Below, piece by piece: positions 8,407 through 17,294 of a stretch of DNA of 64,000 bases. The notes beneath the pieces were generated by a model. That model searched no databases and was not told the DNA's origin. It saw nothing but the letters and a program-made list of their open reading frames with translations. The stretch spans positions 46,147 through 110,146 of the forward strand of contig CAKQYU010000005.1 in NCBI GenBank assembly GCA_934293575.1. Direction: 5' to 3'. Each line of letters begins with the position of its first letter. Positions within the stretch are counted from its first letter, which is position 1. This DNA comes from an uncultured Lachnospiraceae bacterium. GTDB lineage: Bacteria; Bacillota; Clostridia; Lachnospirales; Lachnospiraceae. The position numbers and the translations under genes are program-made.

Positions 8407-10956
8407 ATGGACGGAAGAGTAATATGGAGAATTCTGGTTTTACTGATAATATTTGTTGCCACGATTTTTCTTGTAAATAAATTGGATAATGCAGGTGTGG
8501 AGGATGTTTCCATCGAGATGGAGCAGGCAACCCTTCCGATTGTGTATGTCAGATATAATGATGATTTTATAAATACACTGCACGGATATACGGGTAAGGT
8601 AGATACAACCTATTTTCGTGATACGATTACACCTATGGATTATGGAAGATCCATTGAGTTATGGGTGGATCAGACAAAGAAGAATTATTCCTCTTATGAA
8701 TATGAATTGCGTAGTCAGTATCAGGGAGATTTAATTGAGAATGGTGCAGTAACGGATATTAATCATGCAGATGGTTATGATAAAATGTCCATTTCTTTTC
8801 GTACGAAATTAGAGGAATTGCAGGAGTATGTATTAGTTATAAAGGCAATGGATGATAATGAGTCGGCGGTTCGTTATTATACAAGAGTTGTTGTGGAAAA
8901 TGATTTTCATGCACCGGCATTACTTGACTATGTAGAGGGATTTAATGATGCATTATTTGATAAGGATAAGGCGGAATCGTATATTACCAAAAGTATTGAA
9001 CCAAATGAAGACGGTAATAACGAATATCTGTCAAAAGTAAATATTCATTCCAGTTTTGATACGATTACATTTGCTGATTTGAATCCTACAAGAATAACAA
9101 AACCAATTCCGAGTATTAAGGAAATTGATGACAGTTATGCAATCATACAGCTAAAATATATGATTTCGGCAGAAGAAAATAAAGTAGTAGAAAATTATTT
9201 TGTGACGGAAGAGTACAGAGTGCGCTATGCGGGTGGGGATAATGTATATCTTTTGGATTATAACCGTTCACAGGAAGCAATGTTTACCATAGACAATATT
9301 GATGCAGCTTCCAATGTTTTCAAATTGGGAGTTTTAGAGGATGATAATTTCCAGTATAAAACAAGCTCAGACTCGAAGAAGGTAGCATTTACACAGGCAA
9401 GACAGTTGTGGTATTACGATTATGATGCCGGAACGATAACGAATGTTTATGGCTTTTATCAGAACGATAATTATACCGATGTTCGTGTGACTTACGATGA
9501 AAATAATATAAAAATTTTGCGGATGAACGATAATGGTAATATTACATTTGCTGTCTATGGTTATATGAACCGTGGTAAAAATGAAGGAAAAGTAGGAATC
9601 GGTGTTTATGAATTTAATGCCGAAAAAGATAAAGTACAGGAAGTTTTGTTTGTTGAAAACAATAAACCATATAATATTTTAAAAGAAGATATGGAGACGT
9701 TACTTTATCTGAATGATGATGGAGAGTTTTACTATTTTGATAATGATTGTGTTATAAAAATTAATACAAAAACCAGACAATCAGAGATTTTTATTGAAGA
9801 TGTATTAAATGAAAATCTGGCAGTTTCTCAGGATAATCATTTGATTGGTTATCCGGATGCATTGTTGACGGAAAATACAACCAAGATAACGGTTTATGAT
9901 TTGGATTCGAAGGAAAGCAGAGAAATTGATGCGAAGAGTGGTGAACGATTATCGGCAATCGGATTTGTAGAGAATGATTTGGTACTTGGAAGAATCCGGG
10001 AGGGCGATATTGTTGAGGCACTTGATAAAACCGTTACCTGTCCGGCATCAACGATAGATATTATTGATAAAAATAATAATGTTGTAAAAACATACGGAAC
10101 AACCGGTGTATATGTTACGGATGCGGTAGCAAAGGACAACGTCATTTATTTGAACAGGGTAAGAAAAATAAATGGTGGATTCGAAGAAACGACACAGGAT
10201 TTTATCACATATAAGGAAGAGGAAAACAAGGGATCGTTATCTGTCGTATATAAGAATACGGATAAAGGATATAATCAGTTATATATGACATTCCCTTCTA
10301 CTATTTTTGTATCAGCGAATCCAAAACTGATGATTACAAAGTCGGTTGTCAATGATGAAGATACAACTGTTAAGATTACATTTGATCACACAAATAAAAA
10401 ATATTATGCATATGGACAGGGAAAATATATGACAGATTATTTGAATCTGAATGCTGCTGTTCGTGCTGCATATGAAAATGCCGGTGTTGTATTGGATGAA
10501 AATGGTGTAATTGTATGGAGAAAGATTGCAGTTAAGGATTACCATACAGTTGCAGATAAGATTAAGATTCATACGGTGGAATCAATTGATGATACGCTGG
10601 GTGCATGTATTTACATGATGGGAGTTTATGAAGGTAAAACACCTGACTATGCAGTTATGCAGCAAGAATTAAAAGATGCATCAAAGTCGATAGAAGATAT
10701 TATTCTGGAATATACGGGTCGTCAGGGAACGGATATTACGGGATGTGACTTTGAGAATGGATTGTATTATCTTTGTAAAGATGCTCCGGTTATCACAAGA
10801 TTTGCAGATGGAACCTATGTATTGGTTACCAGTTATAATGGAGAAAAGGTACGTTATATTAATCCGTTAGAACCGACCGATATTGTTGAATCGCGTGCAG
10901 AATTTGAAGAGAAGGTAAAGGATAGTGGTAATGTCTTTATCAGTTATGTAAGATAA
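8407..10956 (+). CDS. Large membrane-anchored or secreted hypothetical protein (849 aa)
   Basis: RBS aggag; N-terminal signal anchor ILVLLIIFVATIFLV; long Asn/Asp/Tyr-rich extracytoplasmic region; C-terminal segment containing LGACIYMMG. Confidence 0.5.
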   Translation: MDGRVIWRILVLLIIFVATIFLVNKLDNAGVEDVSIEMEQATLPIVYVRYNDDFINTLHGYTGKVDTTYFRDTITPMDYGRSIELWVDQTKKNYSSYEYELRSQYQGDLIENGAVTDINHADGYDKMSISFRTKLEELQEYVLVIKAMDDNESAVRYYTRVVVENDFHAPALLDYVEGFNDALFDKDKAESYITKSIEPNEDGNNEYLSKVNIHSSFDTITFADLNPTRITKPIPSIKEIDDSYAIIQLKYMISAEENKVVENYFVTEEYRVRYAGGDNVYLLDYNRSQEAMFTIDNIDAASNVFKLGVLEDDNFQYKTSSDSKKVAFTQARQLWYYDYDAGTITNVYGFYQNDNYTDVRVTYDENNIKILRMNDNGNITFAVYGYMNRGKNEGKVGIGVYEFNAEKDKVQEVLFVENNKPYNILKEDMETLLYLNDDGEFYYFDNDCVIKINTKTRQSEIFIEDVLNENLAVSQDNHLIGYPDALLTENTTKITVYDLDSKESREIDAKSGERLSAIGFVENDLVLGRIREGDIVEALDKTVTCPASTIDIIDKNNNVVKTYGTTGVYVTDAVAKDNVIYLNRVRKINGGFEETTQDFITYKEEENKGSLSVVYKNTDKGYNQLYMTFPSTIFVSANPKLMITKSVVNDEDTTVKITFDHTNKKYYAYGQGKYMTDYLNLNAAVRAAYENAGVVLDENGVIVWRKIAVKDYHTVADKIKIHTVESIDDTLGACIYMMGVYEGKTPDYAVMQQELKDASKSIEDIILEYTGRQGTDITGCDFENGLYYLCKDAPVITRFADGTYVLVTSYNGEKVRYINPLEPTDIVESRAEFEEKVKDSGNVFISYVR

Positions 10957-10967
10957 ATATAAGTAAA

Positions 10968-10999
10968 ATAAAAAAGGTGGCAACCGCCACCTTTTTTAT
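10968..10999. terminator. Bidirectional rho-independent terminator between convergent genes
   Basis: aaaaa-GGTGGC-aacc-GCCACC-tttttt: a perfect 6-bp GC-rich stem flanked by an A-run and a T-run. Confidence 0.6.
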
Positions 11000-11169
11000 T
11001 ACTCTTCAGAGATTACTCCTGTAGGGCATGTTCCTGCACATGAACCACAAGAAATGCATGTATCTGCATCGATTTCAAACTTGCCGTCGCCTTCAGAAAT
11101 AGCGCCAACAGGACAAGAACCTGCGCATGCTCCACATGATACACATCCATCATTAATAACAAATGCCAT
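10999..11169 (-). CDS. 2x[4Fe-4S] ferredoxin (56 aa), absent from the ORF track
   Basis: Hand translation of the minus strand gives MAFVINDGCVSCGACAGSCPVGAISEGDGKFEIDADTCISCGSCAGTCPTGVISEE, with two C-x2-C-x2-C-x3-CP motifs. RBS aggagga lies 6 nt upstream. Confidence 0.7.
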   Translation of the reverse strand: MAFVINDGCVSCGACAGSCPVGAISEGDGKFEIDADTCISCGSCAGTCPTGVISEE

Positions 11170-11279
11170 AGTAGATTCCTCCTTATAAAATTGTATATGT
11201 TATTCGTATATAGGTAAAATACCTTATTACAAATATTTTAAAACAAGTACTATTAGATAGCAAGTATTTTTTTGGATAC

Positions 11280-12038
11280 TTACTGTATGTTATCATCTTG
11301 TCTTCTGCGTTTCATAGCAGCTAAAATTACTTCTCTTGCATGGATAGCGGATTCTTTTGGTAAATCCTTCAGACCCTTTAATGGATAATCGATACCAAGT
11401 TTTTCATACTTCACAACACCCATTCCGTGATAAGGAAGACAATCCAAAGCCGTTATATTTTTGAATTGACCGATAAAATATCCTAATTGGTCAAGGTATT
11501 TGTCGTTTAAGGTAATTCCTTCCACAATGACATGACGAATCCAGGTATTAATATTTTTTTCGCTTAAATATTTTAAGAAATCTAAAATATTGTCATTTGG
11601 CTGCTGGCAAAGTTTCTGGTGTTCAACCGGATCGATATGTTTAATATCTAACATAACCAAATCGGTTACTTTCATCAGACGGTCAAATTTTTTGAGTAAC
11701 TCCGCATTCTCTCTGTGGAAAATAACACCGGAAGTATCTAAACAGGTGTGAATGCCTTTTTCTTTACAAGCTTCAAATAACTCAGTTAAAAAATCAATCT
11801 GAACGAGAGGTTCTCCTCCGGTAGCTGTAAGACCGCCATTTGCATAAAATGATTTCATGGATTCATATTGATCCAACAAATCTTTTACCGTGTGTTTTTC
11901 TGCACCTTCCATGCTCCACGTATCCGGGTTGTGGCAATATTTACAACGCATAGGACATCCCTTAAAAAATACGACAAATCGCATTCCCGGACCATCTACT
12001 GTTCCACATGTTTCAATTGAATGAATATATCCTGTCAT
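11280..12038 (-). CDS. pflA: Pyruvate formate-lyase activating enzyme (glycyl-radical enzyme activase, radical SAM)
   Basis: N-terminus GYIHSIETCGTVDGPGMRFVVFFKGCPMRCKYCHNPDTW (C-x3-C-x2-C). Confidence 0.9.
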   Translation of the reverse strand: MTGYIHSIETCGTVDGPGMRFVVFFKGCPMRCKYCHNPDTWSMEGAEKHTVKDLLDQYESMKSFYANGGLTATGGEPLVQIDFLTELFEACKEKGIHTCLDTSGVIFHRENAELLKKFDRLMKVTDLVMLDIKHIDPVEHQKLCQQPNDNILDFLKYLSEKNINTWIRHVIVEGITLNDKYLDQLGYFIGQFKNITALDCLPYHGMGVVKYEKLGIDYPLKGLKDLPKESAIHAREVILAAMKRRRQDDNIQ

Positions 12039-12164
12039 TTATTAATCCCTTTCTTTCCTAAATATATAATTTGTTTGTTGTTAAATATTATGTATAAAAC
12101 AATTGTGATTCTATTCAATAACACAAATAAATATTTTGTGTAAAAACAGTTATTTCTATTATTG

Positions 12165-12202
12165 ATTGAAAAGAAAGGCAAGGGCGAATAAATGCCCCTG
12201 CC
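12165..12202 (-). terminator. Terminator after the glycyl-radical ORF on the minus strand
   Basis: Minus-strand hairpin GGCAGGGGC-atttattc-GCCCTTGCC followed by tttcttttc. Confidence 0.45.
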
Positions 12203-12241
12203 TATATAGTTTGATTTGTAGTTATTCAAAAACTTCTTAGA

Positions 12242-12481
12242 TTACATAGACTCATGGAATGTTCTTGAAATAACGTCTGCCTGCTGCTCTGGTGTTAACT
12301 TAACGAAGTTAACAGCATATCCAGATACACGGATTGTTAACTGTGGATAGTTCTCCGGATGTTTCTGAGCATCAATTAATGTTTCACGGTTTAATACGTT
12401 AACATTAAGATGATATCCACCTTTTTCTACATAACCATCTAACATATTTACTAAGTTATCTACCTGCTGTGTACTAGCCAT
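12242..12481 (-). CDS. Stand-alone glycyl-radical domain protein (GrcA/YfiD-like; equivalent to the C-terminal ~70 aa of PFL)
   Basis: [66 protein letters not shown] contains the RVSGY glycyl-radical motif. Own RBS aaggagga 7 nt upstream. Confidence 0.8.
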   Translation of the reverse strand: MASTQQVDNLVNMLDGYVEKGGYHLNVNVLNRETLIDAQKHPENYPQLTIRVSGYAVNFVKLTPEQQADVISRTFHESM

Positions 12482-12513
12482 TTTATTATCCTCCTTATCA
12501 AAATTATACCGGA

Positions 12514-12729
12514 TTAATCTTCGTGTAACTCTTCGTCCATGCCCTCCATTAAAGTAGGAACACTACATGCAAGGTCACCCTTTGCACAATCAAGACATCC
12601 AAGAGTTTCTTCTGTTTTTTCTCCGGCTGCAACGGTATCGTCCACGGACACATTAATGTGTCCATGTCCGTTTGTAACCATATCATCTAACATTGCAACA
12701 ATGTCATCTACTTGATCTTTGTCTGTCAT
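12514..12729 (-). CDS. Cys-containing acidic small protein; diverged partial paralog of the glycyl-radical domain N-terminus, lacking the radical glycine
   Basis: [29 protein letters not shown] parallels [29 protein letters not shown] of the downstream ORF. It then diverges into [14 protein letters not shown]...EELHED. RBS ggagg 8 nt upstream. Confidence 0.5.
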   Translation of the reverse strand: MTDKDQVDDIVAMLDDMVTNGHGHINVSVDDTVAAGEKTEETLGCLDCAKGDLACSVPTLMEGMDEELHED

Positions 12730-12769
12730 ACTAAAACCTCCAAGCTAAACATTGTTTGAACAATCATTA

Positions 12770-14812
12770 TTATTTGTTAAGATCGATTTCGATATCTCCT
12801 GCAAATACCTGATCTTCTTTACCAAGAGCACCTGGAACGATAGAGAATGTATTTGAAATACCATCCTGAGCGTCTCTGAAAGGAATCTTAGCTACAGAAG
12901 AAAGTGATGCTACTGCACCATGAGTATCTCTCTTATGAAGTGGGTTAGCACCTGGAGCAAATGGTGCACCATGCTTACGTCCACAAGGAGTATCACCTGT
13001 ATTCTTACCATATGTTACGTTTGAAGTAATTGTAAGGATTGACTGTGTAGGGATACCATTACGATATACATGCTGCTGACGAAGCTTATCCATAAATGTT
13101 GTAACGATGCTTGTAGCAATTTCATCTACACGGTCATCATTGTTACCATATTTAGGGAAGTCACCCTCTGTCTCGTAGCTTGTTACGATACCCTGCTCGT
13201 TACGAATAACTTTAACCTTAGCATACTTGATAGCTGATAATGAGTCAGCAACGATTGAAAGACCAGCAACACCTGTTGCGAAGTATCTCTTTACGTCTCT
13301 GTCATGTAATGCCATCTGAATTCTTTCATAAGCATACTTATCATGCATATAGTGGATAATGTTAAGTGCGCTAACATAAACTTTAGCTAACCAATCCATC
13401 ATATCGTTGAACTTATCCATTACATCATCATAGTCAAGGTAGTCACCTTCAACCGGACGATACTTAGGTCCAACCTGAACACCTGTACACTCATCAACAC
13501 CACCGTTGATAGCGTAAAGTAAACATTTAGCTAAGTTAGCACGAGCTCCGAAGAACTGCATCTCTTTACCAATAACCATTGAAGATACACAACAAGCAAT
13601 ACCATAATCATCACCGTGAAGAGGTCTCATTAAGTCATCGTTCTCATACTGGATAGAAGAAGACTTGATAGACATCTTTGCACAGAACTGCTTCCATCCA
13701 AGTGGAAGTTTCTTTGCCCAAAGAACAGTCATGTTTGGCTCTGGAGCTGCACCTAAGTTATTTAATGTATTAACGAAACGGAATGACATCTTTGTTACTA
13801 ATGTACGTCCATCAACACCCATACCACCAAGAGACTCTGTTACCCAAACTGGGTCACCAGCGAAGATCTGGTTGTACTCTGGTGTACGTGCAAACTTAAC
13901 GCAACGTAACTTCATAACGAAATGATCGATGAACTCCTGAATCTGCTCTTCTGTAAACTTGCCGGCAGCTAAATCTCTTTCTGCATATACATCAAAGAAT
14001 GTAGATGTACGACCAAGTGACATAGCAGCACCGTTCTGCTCCTTAACTGCTCCAAGGTATCCGAAGTATGTCCACTGGATAGCTTCCTGAACGTTAGTAG
14101 CTGGCTTAGAAATATCAAATCCATAGAATGAAGCCATCTTTGTTAATTCTTTAAGAGCCTTAATCTGCTCTGCGATTTCTTCCTTACCACGGATAACATC
14201 ATCTGTGTAAACCTTACCGAAAGATTCCTTCTGAGCTAATTTATCTTCAATTAATCTATCTGTACCATAAAGAGCAACTCTTCTGTAGTCACCAATGATA
14301 CGTCCACGTCCATAAGCATCAGGAAGACCTGTTACGATATGATTTGTACGGCATTTTCTGATTTCTGAATCATATACATCGAATACACCTTCGTTATGTG
14401 TCTTTCTATGTTTTGAGAAGAAATCAACAACTTCAGGATCTACTGTATATCCGTTATCTTCACAAGCTTTCATAGCCATACGAAGACCACCGTATACATT
14501 CATACCTCTCTTGAAAGGCTTGTCTGTCTGGAAACCAACGATAGTTTCTTTGTCCTTATCAAGATATCCTGCACCGTGTGAAGTTAAAGTAGAAACAACC
14601 TTAGTATCCATATCAAGAACACCGCCAGCTTCTCTTTCCTTCTTTGTTAAATCCATAACTTCAGCCCACAAATCTTTTGTGTTCTGAGTAGGTCCTGCTA
14701 AGAAACTATCATCACCTTCATATGGAGTATAGTTCTTCTGAATAAAGTCACGTACGTCGATAAATTTCTCCCAGTTACCGCCGTTGAAACCATTCCATGC
14801 TTCTGATTTCAT
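12770..14812 (-). CDS. pflB: Pyruvate formate-lyase catalytic subunit, naturally truncated before the glycyl-radical domain (680 aa)
   Basis: Collinear with E. coli PflB from the N-terminus (VRDFIQKNYTPYEGD...GLPDAYGRGRIIGDYRRVALYG) through the active-site region. It ends at ...GDIEIDLNK, about 70 residues short. RBS ggagga. Confidence 0.9.
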   Translation of the reverse strand: MKSEAWNGFNGGNWEKFIDVRDFIQKNYTPYEGDDSFLAGPTQNTKDLWAEVMDLTKKEREAGGVLDMDTKVVSTLTSHGAGYLDKDKETIVGFQTDKPFKRGMNVYGGLRMAMKACEDNGYTVDPEVVDFFSKHRKTHNEGVFDVYDSEIRKCRTNHIVTGLPDAYGRGRIIGDYRRVALYGTDRLIEDKLAQKESFGKVYTDDVIRGKEEIAEQIKALKELTKMASFYGFDISKPATNVQEAIQWTYFGYLGAVKEQNGAAMSLGRTSTFFDVYAERDLAAGKFTEEQIQEFIDHFVMKLRCVKFARTPEYNQIFAGDPVWVTESLGGMGVDGRTLVTKMSFRFVNTLNNLGAAPEPNMTVLWAKKLPLGWKQFCAKMSIKSSSIQYENDDLMRPLHGDDYGIACCVSSMVIGKEMQFFGARANLAKCLLYAINGGVDECTGVQVGPKYRPVEGDYLDYDDVMDKFNDMMDWLAKVYVSALNIIHYMHDKYAYERIQMALHDRDVKRYFATGVAGLSIVADSLSAIKYAKVKVIRNEQGIVTSYETEGDFPKYGNNDDRVDEIATSIVTTFMDKLRQQHVYRNGIPTQSILTITSNVTYGKNTGDTPCGRKHGAPFAPGANPLHKRDTHGAVASLSSVAKIPFRDAQDGISNTFSIVPGALGKEDQVFAGDIEIDLNK

Positions 14813-15159
14813 TATAAATTTCCTCCTTTTAAAATAAAATATTTGTGAAATTCATCTTATGTGTGTAAGTATCCACCCAATACAGAATGCTTAAGGAAAA
14901 TATTTACAGATTCCTGATGAAATTCTCATGGTTTCATTATAGTTTTTTATTGTATACAAGTCAACGGAAATTCCCTGCAATTCTTGTATTTTTTCTGGTA
15001 CAAAAATGAGAAAAAGAAATGTAAAATTTATAAAAAATTAAAGAAAAATCAGTATTTTGAGAAAGAAAAAATTGTATACACAATATGTAGGGTTTTGTTA
15101 AAATCGTATCTATGATACAATGAAGAATTGTGAAAAGAATGATTGATTAGGGTAAAGAA

Positions 15160-15972
15160 ATGGGAATGCAGCAGGATATTACAAAAATTGAAAACGGAAC
15201 GGAAAAAATAGAGAAAAAAGAATATCTGGGTAATCGGAACCTGTATCATATTTATCTGCCGGAAAGTATTTTGATGTTAGAGGACTGGTGCTTTGCACAC
15301 TGTAAGAATCTGCAGACGGTGTGGATGCCGCGAAAGGTGGTATTAACAGGAAGGGATGTTTTCCTTGGCTGTGATAAGCTTTCCAATGTATATATCTATG
15401 ATAAGGAATATATATATGAAGAATTTTCGGAAAATCTGGCATTTGGAATAAAGAATTTTTTGAAAGGTGAACGATTTGATCTTTCAGTATATGGAACGAC
15501 GGAATGGTTTTGTCAATATGATGAACAGTTGGCAAAGTATATAAATGAGCCGGATGAGGCAAACTTTGAACCATTTCTGGCGGGTGGGGAAGAAGATTAT
15601 GAAGATCCTTCCAATAATATAGAAAGTTTTTGCCGGCAAAAAAGAACGAACAAAATAAAAGGAATTTTTTTCAGGCTGAGAGTAGAAAATAAAGACAGAG
15701 TGACCGGAAAAATTGATTCGGACAGAAAAAAGGATTGGGTTTCCTATATAAAACAGAATGAAAAAGAAACATTGGAATTTTTGAAGGAAAGAAAAGAAGA
15801 AGCAGTTACCTATTTTAAAATAATGAAAGAAGAACGTATTTTGGCTGCCGGGAATATTTCATATTTTATTGATGGGATGGCGGGCCCGGCATTTACGGAA
15901 AGTAAGGCCTATCTGTTAAAAGAGCAGGAAAACTTATCGGTGGAAGATGTGTGGAAGCAGTTTCAGATATGA
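15160..15972 (+). CDS. Hypothetical protein with a BspA-type leucine-rich-repeat-like motif
   Basis: IYLPESILMLEDWCFAHCKNLQTVWMP resembles BspA-type LRR units; the rest is uncharacterised. First gene of a tightly packed 4-gene cassette. Confidence 0.45.
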   Translation: MGMQQDITKIENGTEKIEKKEYLGNRNLYHIYLPESILMLEDWCFAHCKNLQTVWMPRKVVLTGRDVFLGCDKLSNVYIYDKEYIYEEFSENLAFGIKNFLKGERFDLSVYGTTEWFCQYDEQLAKYINEPDEANFEPFLAGGEEDYEDPSNNIESFCRQKRTNKIKGIFFRLRVENKDRVTGKIDSDRKKDWVSYIKQNEKETLEFLKERKEEAVTYFKIMKEERILAAGNISYFIDGMAGPAFTESKAYLLKEQENLSVEDVWKQFQI

Positions 15973-15983
15973 AGGGAGCTGTC

Positions 15984-17294
15984 ATGGAAGAAAAGACAGA
16001 AAAGCAGGAAAGAATAACTGAATATGCAAGGAAAATAATGAATCTGGCAAGGGATACCATTACGGTGCGTTTTCGTTTTTTTGACCGGGCATTGACAAGG
16101 CTGGAAAGTATCGAAAAGCCGGGAATCGGTGGATTTGTTACGGATGGGAATCATCTTTTTTATGATCCGGCGGCACTGTTGGTTACTTATTTGGAGGAGC
16201 CCAATGTTGCGGTGCGGGCATATCTGCATGTGTTAATGCATTGTGTGTTTTATCATTATTTTTCCGTAGAAAATAAAAATCCGGAATATTGGAATCTTGC
16301 GGTTGATATTGCAGTGGAAAATATTATTCTGGATTTGGATTTGTCGGCGGCGGCTTTGTCAAAGGATGGAGAAATAAAAGATCAGCTTCGCAAAATCCGA
16401 AAGTGGGTGCCGGAACTGACCGCTGAAAAGATATATCGAGAATTTATGGTTCACGGATTGTCGAGGGATGCACAAAGAACATATCAGAGATTGTTTACCG
16501 TGGATGTGCATGATATATGGTATCAAAAATCGGATCGTCCGACGGAAGAAATTATAATTACACAAAATCAATGGAAACAGATTTCGGAACGAATTAAAAC
16601 GGAACTGAAGACCTTTACAAAAAATCAGGAAGGAATGGATGACTTTCTGGGTAATTTAGAGGAAGCTACGAAGCAACGGTATAATTATGAGGAGATTTTA
16701 GAACGGTTTTCCGTAACTGGGGAAGAGATTGCAATAAATGATGATGAGTTTGATTACATTTATTATACATACGGATTGCAGACTTACGGAAATCTTCCGT
16801 TGATTGAACCGTTAGAATATAAAGAGGTAAAGAAGGTTCGGGAATTTGTGATTGCGATTGATACTTCCGCATCCTGCAGAGGCGATATCGTTAAGGGATT
16901 TTTACAGGAAACATATGAGATATTGAAAAAAAGCGAGAATTTTTTCCATAAAATCAATATCCATATTATTCAGTGTGACGCAACGATTCAGTCAGACACC
17001 CTTATTACCGGGGATGAAGATTTTAAACAGTTTATAAAAAACGGGAAATTGAACGGGTTCGGGGCAACGGACTTTCGACCTGTATTTTCTTACGTCGATA
17101 CTTTGTTGGAAGAAGGTGCATTTGAAAACTTAAAAGGTTTGATTTATTTTACGGACGGTTACGGAATATATCCGGAACGAATGCCGGTTTATGATGTGAT
17201 ATTTGCATTTTTAAATGAAGATAAAAACCGCCAAAAGGTTCCGGGATGGGCAATGGAAGTGATATTAGAGGAGGACAGATATGAATATAAATGA
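15984..17294 (+). CDS. VWA-domain protein with N-terminal putative metallopeptidase-like domain (DUF2201-like); partner of a MoxR ATPase
   Basis: C-terminal VWA with MIDAS-like motif VIAIDTSASCRGD...GATDF...YFTDGYG; N-terminal HVLMHCVFYH. The start is taken at MEEK (RBS aagggag); the track's GTG at 15951 is possible. Confidence 0.6.
   Translation: MEEKTEKQERITEYARKIMNLARDTITVRFRFFDRALTRLESIEKPGIGGFVTDGNHLFYDPAALLVTYLEEPNVAVRAYLHVLMHCVFYHYFSVENKNPEYWNLAVDIAVENIILDLDLSAAALSKDGEIKDQLRKIRKWVPELTAEKIYREFMVHGLSRDAQRTYQRLFTVDVHDIWYQKSDRPTEEIIITQNQWKQISERIKTELKTFTKNQEGMDDFLGNLEEATKQRYNYEEILERFSVTGEEIAINDDEFDYIYYTYGLQTYGNLPLIEPLEYKEVKKVREFVIAIDTSASCRGDIVKGFLQETYEILKKSENFFHKINIHIIQCDATIQSDTLITGDEDFKQFIKNGKLNGFGATDFRPVFSYVDTLLEEGAFENLKGLIYFTDGYGIYPERMPVYDVIFAFLNEDKNRQKVPGWAMEVILEEDRYEYK

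Noticed and set aside
12035-12229. 64-aa minus-strand ORF between pflA and the glycyl-radical ORF
   Set aside because: AT-rich intergenic DNA translating to Asn/Ile/Tyr-rich nonsense. The region contains the terminator hairpin and the likely pflA promoter instead.
12481-12770. Possibility that the split PFL is a frameshift or sequencing artefact
   Set aside because: I translated all frames of 12514-12729. The alternative frames carry stops and no PFL-like sequence. Both small ORFs have properly spaced GGAGG-type RBSs. 680 + 79 aa reconstitutes a full-length PFL with an extra gene in between, so a single indel cannot explain it. Read-level confirmation is still needed.
14813-15159. FNR/CRP-type or Rex-type operator upstream of pflB (for example ttgtgaaattcatc)
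   Set aside because: The second half-site is absent, so it is not palindromic. Only the TGTATACA palindromes are retained as candidates.
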